Notes under the pieces: generated by a model
The model's database searches: none
What the model was told of the DNA's origin: nothing
Seen by the model: the letters and a program-made list of their open reading frames with translations, nothing else
In this document: in pieces, positions 49,439 through 58,710 of the stretch
How the letters are laid out: the number at the start of each line of letters is the position of its first letter
How positions within the stretch are numbered: position 1 is the stretch's first letter
Position numbers and translations under genes: made by a program
IMG/VR virus record: IMGVR_UViG_3300033442_000004
Span: 1-64,000 of that record
Length of the DNA stretch: 64,000 nucleotides
Direction: 5' to 3' (one strand)
Source of the DNA: a virus

Positions 49439-49780
49439 TCAGGCGTACCTGGCGAGGGGCTTCTCGCTCACGGGGTGGTGGACGGTGCCGTCCTTGATGG
49501 TCACGCGATCGGCGGACCAGACGGTTGCGGGGGCGTTCAGCGAGGCGTGGCGCATGGCGAAGGTGACGTCGCCGAAGGGCTCGCACTCGGACCGGCCGGA
49601 CCGGAACGTTTGAACGATGAAGCGGGGCACCTCGGTGCGGGGCTTGGCCTGTGTGACCGTGGGGCGGGCCGCGGGTTTTTCCCGAGGGTCAGGAAAAACT
49701 CGAGGCGCGGTCGCGTCCGCTTTCTGGATGGTGGCGGTGACGAGCGAGCGCAGGTATCCGGTCTGACGAGCGGTCAGCAT
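49439..49780 (-). CDS. Hypothetical protein
   Basis: GGAG RBS; 113 aa. Confidence 0.5.
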   Translation of the reverse strand: MLTARQTGYLRSLVTATIQKADATAPRVFPDPREKPAARPTVTQAKPRTEVPRFIVQTFRSGRSECEPFGDVTFAMRHASLNAPATVWSADRVTIKDGTVHHPVSEKPLARYA

Positions 49781-49815
49781 GGCGTGGTCTCCGGTGGGTG
49801 GCAGTGGAAGCGCTT

Positions 49816-50169
49816 TCAACGCTGAGCGAAGCGGGCCTTGCGACGGGCATAGCCGGGCGTCGGAGGCTGGAAGCGGGGGCCAGTGAAGGGCGTGTAACGC
49901 AGGTGGGGCTCTTTGGCCTCGAAGTGGGTATCGGCCCATGTACGGCGGGCGAGCTCGATCCTGTGCTGGCCTGCGAGCGTCTCGGGGCTGACTTCCGCTT
50001 CCGGGATCATGAGGCGGGTCTCAGCCAGTGTGGTCCGGCTCTCTTCGCCGCTCTTGGGCGTGATGAGCATTTCCCGACCACCCGGAAAATTTGAAGCCAG
50101 CCAGTCCGCGTCAGACTGGGGGCGGGGGGTCGTTTTCGCATTGGCGAATGCACGATTTTTCCGGGGCAT
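49816..50169 (-). CDS. Hypothetical protein
   Basis: GGAG RBS; 117 aa. Confidence 0.5.
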   Translation of the reverse strand: MPRKNRAFANAKTTPRPQSDADWLASNFPGGREMLITPKSGEESRTTLAETRLMIPEAEVSPETLAGQHRIELARRTWADTHFEAKEPHLRYTPFTGPRFQPPTPGYARRKARFAQR

Positions 50170-50190
50170 GCTCACACTCCGTGGAGGGCA

Positions 50191-50226
50191 CAAAAAAAGG
50201 CCCCCGGCGGTGAGGCCGGGAACCTT
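50191..50226 (-). terminator. Rho-independent terminator
   Basis: Minus strand AAGGTTCCCGGC-CTCACC-GCCGGGGGCC-TTTTTTT. Confidence 0.75.
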
Positions 50227-50254
50227 GCGATTTGCGGGGGCGCGGTGGGGCGGG

Positions 50255-51271
50255 TTACGCCGCCTTGCGCTTCCGGGACTTCTTTGCGGGGGCTTCCGCC
50301 GTCTCTTCCGCCTTGCCCTCTTCCGCCGGAGCGGGCGGGGGCAAAAGCAGGATGACGTTTTCCGCCGTGGGGGCTTCCGCCGAAACCGACGCGCCGACCT
50401 TGGCGTTAATGTGCGCCTGCAGCGTCATCAGTGCGTCGATGGAAAGCGTATCCACTGCAGCCATGATCGCCGCCAGTTTCTCGCTTTCGGTCAACGGCGC
50501 GGGGGCTTCCGCTTCCGCCGACTCGGGGGCTTTCGCTTCCGCCTTGGCTTCCGCGCCTTCGCCGCCCTTGTCCGCCTTGTCCGCCTTGGCCATGTCGTGC
50601 CATTCGGCCAAGCGGGATTGCATGATACCCCACTGCCCGGAAAGCAATTCGCCAACCTTGGCGTTCCACATGGTTTCGGCCGACTCGACCGACGCGGCGC
50701 GGGCACATTCCAGAATGACCGGCGCGTGGTTCAGGCGCATGAAAGAGGCAAGGCGCGTTCCGTAGGTCCGGAGCGTTTGCAGCGAGTCGATAAGCTTGAC
50801 GTTCACCGGCTTGCCGTTGCTACCGGTTGCGCCGGTATGCTTCAGCTTGACGTATTCCGACGCCAGCTTGTTGCGCTCGCTTTCGGCCGCCTTGAGTGCA
50901 TCGCCCGAAAGCCGGTCAAAGCTGGCGGTAGCGGACATGATGGCCGCCGCATGGGACTCGGTCCCGCGCCAAATCATCTTGCCAGCCTTGGCGACCGGAA
51001 CCAAAATGTCGCGGGTGAAAATCCACGCGTCTTTCTGCGGATCATAGTTGTTATCCGTCAGAACAGCGCGGATTTGTTCGCCGCAAAGGTTCAGCGCCAG
51101 CATGGTAACGGCGTTGTAGGTCGACGACTCGGCCGCGCCAAGCGACTTAATCGCAAGGTCCGCCGCACGAGTCTGGATCGTATCGGCATACTTTTCCGTT
51201 GCGGACTGCAACACGTTGGTTTCGGCCATCTCTTGCGCGGTAGCGGCGCGGGTATCGGTAGCGGTAGCCAT
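50255..51271 (-). CDS. Ala-rich hypothetical protein, first gene of the leftward arm
   Basis: 338-aa ORF with its own AT-rich upstream region and terminator; ends SRKRKAA. Confidence 0.7.
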   Translation of the reverse strand: MATATDTRAATAQEMAETNVLQSATEKYADTIQTRAADLAIKSLGAAESSTYNAVTMLALNLCGEQIRAVLTDNNYDPQKDAWIFTRDILVPVAKAGKMIWRGTESHAAAIMSATASFDRLSGDALKAAESERNKLASEYVKLKHTGATGSNGKPVNVKLIDSLQTLRTYGTRLASFMRLNHAPVILECARAASVESAETMWNAKVGELLSGQWGIMQSRLAEWHDMAKADKADKGGEGAEAKAEAKAPESAEAEAPAPLTESEKLAAIMAAVDTLSIDALMTLQAHINAKVGASVSAEAPTAENVILLLPPPAPAEEGKAEETAEAPAKKSRKRKAA

Positions 51272-52399
51272 TTTCGTTTCGCCTTTCTCGTTTCGCCCCC
51301 GTCTTTTCCAGACCATCCGGAAAAATCCGAGGTTTTGGCATGGCTCTCCCGTTCTCTGCGAAGGTCATTCGCGAGGTGGAAAAACGCGCGGGAAAGCCCG
51401 CTTGCCTCTCCCGCTATATGCGGGCACAAAATCACCATACGAAACGAGACTTGAGTTTAGAAGCAAAGAAAAAATGCTGCAAAATCAATAGCTTGCAAGG
51501 CGAAAAATCGGGGTTCTGCATTCCCTCGAAACAAAATCGAGCAAAGAAAATGTAAGCAAATCAATTCGTTAGCATGTATGCAAACGATGATTCCAATTCA
51601 GAAAAATGATAGATCTAGACAATGGAAAGATTGAGATCGAAACGAGAACAAACATTCAACTATGGTATGATTGACAAGGGTTTCCCAGCACTCGAATCGG
51701 TACCCCTACCAAAGTCTAATTTTTTATTGGACATGGGGACTGGGTTGGCCAATACCCATCAACTTCGCACCGCTAAAAGGCCATTTCCCCCAATCGACTG
51801 GGCGATGATATGAAACTTGGGCCTGAGCTTTGAAATCCAGGGCCGTGGGAGGCTCTGCGGCCCGCCTATGTAGGTTCCGAGGGGTGAAACGGGCGGCCCT
51901 TCCTGGGCCTTCCCTGGGTTTTGGGGGGGGCGTTTGCATTACCACAAATCCGAGGCCGCGAAAAGCGGTATGCCCTTCCAAAAGACCCCCCTGTTTTGGG
52001 GCCCCACGGCCACCGCCGCACTGGCAAAAGGGGATTTGTCCCGTGTCCTGGGACGTGGGACAGCCGACCTGAATTGCCGCATGGGTAGCGAGGGCTTCGC
52101 CCTGGAATAACAGACCAGTCACCGCCGCGGCCGGCGCGCGGCAGCGAGACCTCGGGCTGGGGGCCATGGGGTGAGATCTCGCCGTCGTGGGGTGGTTGGG
52201 GTTCTCAGCCTTGGAGGAGCTGAGGTCTTCATCGAACGCTCATTCAGGCCGCTCGTCAATGAGCATGGGGTCATTCTTGAGCCGCGGCCTACGGGTGGGA
52301 ATGACCACGACGATCGCCACGCTGATCGACCACGACAAAGCGGCGGCCTATTACACGTGAAGATGCTCTTCACGATCCGTTGGCTTGAGCGGCCCCCCT

Positions 52400-52645
52400 T
52401 CGTGCGGTGGGCTCTCCTCACCTGGGCCACGAAGCCTGGGCGCGGCGGACCGCGGCCGGCGAGCACTTCGCGCTACCGAAATCTCGGCTGGCTGCCGAAC
52501 AGATGGACGACATTGCCAACGCGCATCGGCGCGGCTGGCCGACTTCATGGCTGCGGATCTGTCCGCGCTCGACCTTCTGGTGGTCGAAATCGACGGGGTG
52601 CATCCCGGCGACGATCTTGTGGTGGTGGCCGCGACCGGGTTAGGG
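52400..52645 (+). pseudogene. IS256-family transposase fragment
   Basis: LADFMAADLSALDLLVVEIDGVH..DDLVVVAA.G resembles the first catalytic-Asp region of IS256. Confidence 0.6.
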
Positions 52646-52841
52646 CCGCGTCTAACCGACCACTTCCAAAGCCATAATCACTGTACTGCTAGAACTAGTA
52701 GGTTCGCTGTTCTCAGTTCCCAGCTAAGCAAGTAGAGCCGTTTTGGAAGAAACCTGTCCTGAACATAAGGCCAGAAGGACCTGAAAAGTGCAATTGACGG
52801 TGCTAAGCAAGTCAGGAACTCGCAGAAAATGGAGAACAAGC

Positions 52842-53450
52842 ATGGCAAACTTACGCCAGGACGACAAGTCTACACCAGGAGCAGATGATGCAGCTCGCCG
52901 TGCCGGCGAGCGGGCTGCCGAGCAGACCAGCCGTACCGGACAAGCTGCAGCTGATCAGACCGCGCATGTTGGACAAGGTGCCGCTCAAGCCGGAGAAGAA
53001 ACGGCCCGATCAACTTCCGACTTTCTTAAGCAGAACCTCGAGACGGTGCAGAACGCATGGCGGATCGGCCTGGAAGCGACGACCTTAGCCGTGGGACGCT
53101 CTACCGAGCAACTTGGACGCACGCTCGGCGTCTCAGGAGAAGGGGTGCAACAGGCAAAAAAGGCAACGGAACGGTCGGCGCGCAATGCGCAAAAGATCCT
53201 TTCCACCAGTAATGCTGCTGCCAAAGTGATGAATGGAATTTCTGAAGAGTACAGCCAGATGGTTCGGCATCAAGTCGGGAAGAACATGGACTACATCAGC
53301 GAGCTGTGGACCTCGCGGACCCCTCAGGAATTTGTAGCCGCACAAAGTGATATTGTGCGGGAGTCTGTGGAAATTGCTCTGGAGGGTAGTCGTCGGATCG
53401 CCGACCTGTCGCTCAAAGTGGCCGAGGAAACCGGAAAGCAGATCAAGTGA
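52842..53450 (+). CDS. Phasin-like protein
   Basis: C-terminal SRTPQEFVAAQSDIVRESVE..LEGSRRIAD pattern; GGAG RBS. Confidence 0.65.
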   Translation: MANLRQDDKSTPGADDAARRAGERAAEQTSRTGQAAADQTAHVGQGAAQAGEETARSTSDFLKQNLETVQNAWRIGLEATTLAVGRSTEQLGRTLGVSGEGVQQAKKATERSARNAQKILSTSNAAAKVMNGISEEYSQMVRHQVGKNMDYISELWTSRTPQEFVAAQSDIVRESVEIALEGSRRIADLSLKVAEETGKQIK

Positions 53451-53641
53451 AGTATGGAAGGAGTCCGATTGCCCCATGGGAGCGTTCTTCGTTGTAGTCG
53501 CCGCGCTTCCCCAGACAGCGCTCGTCGGATGGCTGCGCCGGGCTGTGTTGCTGGGCTGCGGCCTGATTCCGGTCCTTCGTGCCCGAGGCCCAGGCCGTCG
53601 GCGTGAGCCGCTCCAGCCTGAGCTATCCGCCCACGGCGACA

Positions 53642-56600
53642 TCAACCCCTGAGTCGGTTCTGCAGCGCCTGCCGATTGGCAACGACGTTGCTAAGGTTCA
53701 GCTGGTCTGGCTCCCATCCTTGCGCCAATTGCCTAACCAGCTCCCGCGTGCCGTCCACGACAAAGACGCCGCAATCATAAGTGTTCTGCTGCTGGGCCAT
53801 GTCGGCTAGCTCCAGGGGGAGGTTCAGCCTTCTTGCGAGATGTGCTGCATCTCTGTTGTTGAGTCCGCCGTAGGAATCGTAGTGATAGGCGACCGGCCGC
53901 CACCGGTCGCTGCGATCTACGAACAGCAGCGACCAATGGTTGCCGCGGCTATTAGGATCTTCAGGATTGCCATTAATCACGGGCAGGAACAGGAAGTCGG
54001 CTGTATCATTACCATTATCGTCATAGACGATGCGCTGGAACTCGGTTAGCACGACGCCATCGTCGTTAGAGCGCAGATAATTTAGGGCGATGAGGGGATT
54101 CACGAACCGCGTCCGGGCGGCGAGATCCGGATCGTTCCTCTGCAAATCCTGCTCCTGGAGCCCGTAATCCCTGTCGATATGCTGGTCGCCCAGCCATTCT
54201 GTGTCATCGAGCACCAGCCCGTGGCCGTGAGACGAGACTGTCGGATCTAAAGCCCCGATCTGAGCATTAGCGGAGGTGCTCGGAAACGGGCGTACAGAAT
54301 TAGCATCGTCACGTGATTCGGACGGCGTGGGCGCAGTCAGATCGACCAATGGAAAACCGCGGTAGGCGTCTGAGCGAGCCCTGGCAAAAGGCGCCGCCGC
54401 AAAGTGAGCATCGTCGCGCAACTCGGACGGCGTGGGCGCATCCAGATGCACCAATGACTCAAGACCGCCGTAGGTGTCTGAGCGAGCCCTGGCAGCGGGC
54501 GCCGGCGCAAAGTGAGCATCGTCGCGTAATTCGGACGGCGTGGGCGCATCCAGATGCACCAATGACTCAAGACCGCCGTAGGTGTCTGAGCGAGCCCTGG
54601 CAGCGGGCGCCGGCGCAAAGTGAGCATCGTCGCGCAATTCGGACGGCGTGGGCGCATCCAGATGCACCAATGACTCAAGACCGCCGTAGGTGCCTGAGCG
54701 AGCCCTGGCAGCCGGCGCCGGCGCTGCTTCCAGCGTCGGCCACATACTCCAATCAAAGTCGAGCGGCATCTGCGGCGACCAGGTTGAGGCGGACCACGCA
54801 GGTTGCTGCCGTCCAGCTTGGACTATGTCCTGCGCCTGCCCAGGGGGAACCTCGGGCCACGATGGGCCGTCTTTCCCCATCAAACGCAGATCCCGATCGT
54901 AACCTTCCGGGAGGACCAATGGCCGACTGACAGCTCCCTGCGGCGCGCTGTGCTGCGCGGCGGCGCCCGCGACGTACGTCGCGGCCGCATGCGGCGCCGT
55001 TGCATCTTCGTGCCCGCTCGCCTGCATCATCGGCTGCGCATGCCATGGCGATGCACCCTGTTGATGGGTGGGGGCCGGGGTCGCGGCGATCTCGCTCAGC
55101 AGCCGCTCAATAGCAAGGCCTTGCGGATTGTCTAGGGTCCTCGGCCTCTTCGCTGGCCTTAACTCAGCTGCATCCTGTTCATCGTTGATGAGGATCTCCT
55201 CGCTTGGCGGGAGGTTGCTCCTGGCAAGTGCAGCCATCGGCTCTTCCGAGAACTGCTGGCCGTCCCGGCGCCAGTTCAGGGGACGAATGGAATCTCCGGG
55301 ATCCGATGCCTGGTCGTGCCGCGCGACTGGCTCGAGAGATGACGACGGGCCGGGTTCGTCCATCAGCCCCAAAACCAAATCCTGCTCGTGGCGTTCCGCA
55401 GGAAGCAGTTTCTCTGGCCAACTGCCAACTTCCTGCGAGCTGTGCTGCGCTGCGGCGTCGCCGGCCCGCCTCGGCTCCATCAGTGCCGCGCCTTCGGGAT
55501 CAGGACCGGGGGAAATATAGCGCTCGCGCTCCATCGCTTTAGCGCCCGCCTGTGATTTTCGGAGTTGACCTAATGCGGCATCGATCGTCCGGATGCCACC
55601 GAAGTCCTTTTTATAGGCCTCGACATCTTCATCCAACGCCCCGCCGGAAAGCCGAGTAGCAATGCCCTTCTTGTTATTTTCACGCAGGTGGTGACCGAAA
55701 CTGCGAAGAGCAGTCGCATACACACCGCCGGTACTTGTCGCTGCTTCGTTTTGGTACTCTATGATGAGAGCCGCGTCCTGGAGGTAAGGATTTAGCTCAG
55801 TGGTGGCTGTGACCGTCACTCCGCCCGTCGACTGAAAGGTCCGGAGAAGACCTATTGACCTAATAAGGAGGCGACTGCCCTTACCCTTTTCGATGAACTC
55901 ACGCGCATCATCGGTCAGCGACTCTTTTTCGAGCCGATCAACAATGCTCGTTTTGTTATTTGCCAAGAGCCAGCGGCCAAAGGCGCGAAGCGGGCCTACA
56001 AGGTCTTTGGCGGTGCGTTCGGCGGCGTTGCCACTGCGGAGGGCCTCCTCAAGCCCCGAAATAAGGGGAGCATCCTCGGAATAAAGAGGCTTCCTCCGCC
56101 CTCTCAAAATCCCAGTTGACTGAGCCGGCTGCGGCGCCGACGACGACGGGCCGGGTTCGTCCATCCGGCCCAAATCCTGATCGTGGCCTTCCGCAGGAAG
56201 AAATTCCTCTGGCCAACTGCCAGCTTGCTGCGACGCACTGTGCTGCGCAGCGGCGTCGCCGACCTGCATCGACTCCATCAGGGCCGCGTCTTTGGGATCA
56301 ATATGCCGCTCGAGCTCCATCGCGTTAGCGCCGGCCTGCGATTTTCGGAGTTGAGCCAGAGCGGCACCGATCCTCGAATCAGCACCGGCGCCCTTCTTAT
56401 AGCTATTGATATCTTCATCCAACGCCCCGCCGGAAAGCCGAGTAGCAATGCCCTTCTTGTTATTTTCACGCAGGTAGTGACCGAAACTGCGAAGAGCAGT
56501 TGCATACATCCGGCCGGTACTTGTCGCTGTTTCTTTTTTGTACTCGTTGATGAGATCCGCGTCCTGAGGGTGAGGATTTAGCTCAGTGCGGGCTGTGACC

Positions 56601-57520
56601 GTCACTCCGCCCGTCGACTGGAAGGTCCGGAGATGGTTCAATTCCTCTGACCAACTGCCAGCTTGCTGCGACGCACTGTGCTGCGCAGCGGCGTCGCCGA
56701 CCTGCATCGACTCCATCAGGGCCGCGTCTTTGGGATCAATATGGCGCTCGGGCTCCATCGCCTTAGCGCCGGCCTGCGATTTTCGGAGTTGAGCCAGAGC
56801 GGCACCGATCCTCGAATCAGCACCGGCGCCCTTCTTATAGCTATTGACATCTTCATCCAACGCCCCGCCGGAAAGCCGAGTAGCAATGCCCTTCTTGTTG
56901 TTTTCACGCAGGTAGTGACCGAAACTGCGAAGAGCAGTTGCATACATCCTGCCGGTACTTGTCGCTGTTTCTTTTTTGTACTCGTTGATGAGATCCGCGT
57001 CCTGAGGGTGAGGATTTAGCTCAGTGCGGGCTGTGACCGTCACTCCGCCCGTCGACTGGAAGGTCCGGAGATGGTTCAATGCCGCAAGGATATTCGAGGG
57101 ACGCCTCTTTTCGAACTCGCGTGCATCATGGGTCAGCGACGGGTCGTTGAGCCGAGCAACAATGCTCGTTTTGTTATTTGCGAGGAGCCAGCCGCCAAAG
57201 CTGCGAAGTGAAGTTAGATAGTCCCCAGCGTTGCGGTGGGTGGGGTTGCCGATAAGGGCCTTCTCAAGCCCCGAAATAAGGCGAGCGTCCTCGGAATAAA
57301 GGAGATGCTTGCCCTGCCGTCCTATCAAAACCCAAGTTGACTGAGCCGACTGCAGCGCCGAGGCGGCCGGCATTGCTCCACCACCTCCATCTGAGTTGGC
57401 GATCTCGCTCAATTGCCGCTCAAAGGTCGCCGCGGCTGCGGACGGAGCCGCGGGTGAGCTCTCTTGCGGGCCCGTGCTGTCCGATTGTTCATGCACCGAC
57501 TTGGTCGAGGGGAAATCCAT
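53642..57520 (-). CDS. Type III secreted effector with C-terminal ULP1/C48 SUMO protease (Bel2-5/NopD family)
   Basis: WLGD.HI, NHWSLL, HYDS, QQQNTYDCGVFV (H/D/Q/C); NLS-like RPAKRPR; EAR-like LVLGL and LNLPL; internal repeats; upstream tts box. Confidence 0.9.
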   Translation of the reverse strand: MDFPSTKSVHEQSDSTGPQESSPAAPSAAAATFERQLSEIANSDGGGGAMPAASALQSAQSTWVLIGRQGKHLLYSEDARLISGLEKALIGNPTHRNAGDYLTSLRSFGGWLLANNKTSIVARLNDPSLTHDAREFEKRRPSNILAALNHLRTFQSTGGVTVTARTELNPHPQDADLINEYKKETATSTGRMYATALRSFGHYLRENNKKGIATRLSGGALDEDVNSYKKGAGADSRIGAALAQLRKSQAGAKAMEPERHIDPKDAALMESMQVGDAAAQHSASQQAGSWSEELNHLRTFQSTGGVTVTARTELNPHPQDADLINEYKKETATSTGRMYATALRSFGHYLRENNKKGIATRLSGGALDEDINSYKKGAGADSRIGAALAQLRKSQAGANAMELERHIDPKDAALMESMQVGDAAAQHSASQQAGSWPEEFLPAEGHDQDLGRMDEPGPSSSAPQPAQSTGILRGRRKPLYSEDAPLISGLEEALRSGNAAERTAKDLVGPLRAFGRWLLANNKTSIVDRLEKESLTDDAREFIEKGKGSRLLIRSIGLLRTFQSTGGVTVTATTELNPYLQDAALIIEYQNEAATSTGGVYATALRSFGHHLRENNKKGIATRLSGGALDEDVEAYKKDFGGIRTIDAALGQLRKSQAGAKAMERERYISPGPDPEGAALMEPRRAGDAAAQHSSQEVGSWPEKLLPAERHEQDLVLGLMDEPGPSSSLEPVARHDQASDPGDSIRPLNWRRDGQQFSEEPMAALARSNLPPSEEILINDEQDAAELRPAKRPRTLDNPQGLAIERLLSEIAATPAPTHQQGASPWHAQPMMQASGHEDATAPHAAATYVAGAAAQHSAPQGAVSRPLVLPEGYDRDLRLMGKDGPSWPEVPPGQAQDIVQAGRQQPAWSASTWSPQMPLDFDWSMWPTLEAAPAPAARARSGTYGGLESLVHLDAPTPSELRDDAHFAPAPAARARSDTYGGLESLVHLDAPTPSELRDDAHFAPAPAARARSDTYGGLESLVHLDAPTPSELRDDAHFAAAPFARARSDAYRGFPLVDLTAPTPSESRDDANSVRPFPSTSANAQIGALDPTVSSHGHGLVLDDTEWLGDQHIDRDYGLQEQDLQRNDPDLAARTRFVNPLIALNYLRSNDDGVVLTEFQRIVYDDNGNDTADFLFLPVINGNPEDPNSRGNHWSLLFVDRSDRWRPVAYHYDSYGGLNNRDAAHLARRLNLPLELADMAQQQNTYDCGVFVVDGTRELVRQLAQGWEPDQLNLSNVVANRQALQNRLRG
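54300..54722. repeat. 108-bp (36-aa) tandem repeats in the effector
   Basis: TGAGCGAGCCCTGGCA at 54371, 54479, 54587 and 54695; unit ARARS.TYGGLESLVHLDAPTPSELRDDAHFAPAPA. Confidence 0.95.
56202..57077. repeat. Near-perfect 438-bp (146-aa) tandem duplication in the effector
   Basis: TCAGTGCGGGCTGTGACC at 56583 and 57021; a more diverged copy lies at about 55420-55850. Confidence 0.95.
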
Positions 57521-57668
57521 CCGTTCTCACCTTCAAAATATGAACATGGGCTTCGATCTGACATGCTGGGAATCAGCAACAAACCACCCTTTACGGCCCT
57601 CGACAGGCGCGCACCGTGAGCATCGGCAGCCGATGTTTTTGCAAGGCGACCAGCCCTGTATGTTTTGT

Positions 57669-57698
57669 TAAATGGGGAAGCTGTCGAGAACCTGATGA
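57669..57698 (-). promoter_or_regulatory. tts box (TtsI-dependent promoter)
   Basis: Minus strand TCATCAGGTTCTCGACAGCTTCCCCATTTA versus consensus tcGTCAGcttntcGaaAGct-N8-ta, about 150 bp upstream of the effector ATG. Confidence 0.8.
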
Positions 57699-57954
57699 CG
57701 ACAATTGCCGCGCCAAGACAGCATGGTGCATGTGCCTGCGCGCTTCGCCGTCAACAGCCGAGAGACCGAAGATACCGAAGATTCAGAGACAAAATACTGC
57801 TTCTCATCGGTGAGGCGTACGGCCAGCTTTCGCGGCTCCAGCCAACGTCTTGACAGGATGCGCTGAACGCGCGAGGCAAAAATCGAAACGCAACCACTTT
57901 TGGTGCCTTACAATTCAGTATTGATCTTAAGACGCCTATTGCTGAATCGGCTTG

Positions 57955-58008
57955 CAAATTTTGGACGCCGATCCCCCGGCTTAGGGGGGCAGAATTGCAG
58001 AATGACAC
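57955..58008. mobile_element. Possible IS terminal remnant (IS21-like) at the island edge
   Basis: AAATTTTGGACGCCGATCCCCCGGCTTAGGGGGGCAGAATTGCA resembles alphaproteobacterial IS end repeats (from memory). Confidence 0.4.
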
Positions 58009-58191
58009 CCACGTCACCCCAATAGACGAACCATTCACCTGGTCGGTGCTCGTCGTTGTCCCGGCGTCGGGTAAGCTGGGTCAATTGGGACGAACCTGTG
58101 GTTTCTGACACTCGGTGCGGGGTGGAGCGCTTCGCGCTCAGTCCATACCGTAACAGGGCGGCTGGCCTTACCGGGATTTGTAAGGGACCAC

Positions 58192-58329
58192 CGGCATCTG
58201 GTGCCGCGGCATCTCGTGCCGGTACCACCGGCATCTGGTGCCGGTACCACCGGAATCTCCTGCCGGTACCACCGGCACCAGGTGCCTACTAACCTATCAA
58301 GAAACAACACTGAACCAACATTGAACCCA
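58192..58329. repeat. Second iteron array homologous to the initiator-gene origin
   Basis: CGG(C/A)A-N5-TGCC(G/T) at 58192, 58207, 58229, 58251 and 58273, followed by CTAACCTATCA...CACTGAACC. Confidence 0.85.
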
Positions 58330-58392
58330 AAGAGGGTTTGCCGACCTTCGCGCTCGGCGGGTTCCAGCGTTTGCATTCCATTTGCAGAGGGC

Positions 58393-58447
58393 TTGACGGA
58401 AACTGCATATGGGGGTATCTACTGCGCTACGTTAGCATTCGTGCAAA
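58393..58447 (+). promoter_or_regulatory. Sigma70-type promoter of the rightward arm with downstream operator
   Basis: TTGACG-17 bp-TATCTA, then TTAGCATTCGTGCAAA at 58432. Confidence 0.6.
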
Positions 58448-58710
58448 CGGCCATCATCAAGCCCCCAACCCAGCCAGCCGGTTCCCGCCGGACTGGCCGG
58501 CGCGGGCAGAGGAACCCAATGACCCTCACGGACCTGCAATTCGTGGCGGCACTCGGCGTGCTCACCATGAAATTGCTCGTCCTGACCTTCGGGGCGCTCG
58601 CCATCACCTCGATGGCGTTTGTGATCACCGCCGTCTGCAAACGCTGACACCAAGTTACCCAGAGCCCGGTCTCGCCCACGGCAGACCGGGGCACCCTTTC
58701 CGGAGCGACC

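Larger units (their letters stand above)
27..58447. promoter_or_regulatory. Dispersed 16-bp operator-like palindrome TTTGC-N6-GCAAA
   Basis: Copies at 27, 578, 5311, 6014, 13511, 14265, 16938, 17690, 17726, 21607, 24756, 31727, 35736, 40569, 44466, 48576, 51569 and 58432. Confidence 0.8.

Noticed and set aside
54300-54722. 108-bp repeats as CRISPR or a non-coding array
   Set aside because: They are in-frame coding repeats of the effector
58192-58287. Short palindromic repeats as a possible CRISPR array
   Set aside because: The period is 15-22 bp with constant GTACCAC linkers, no unique spacers and no cas genes; the iteron interpretation fits better
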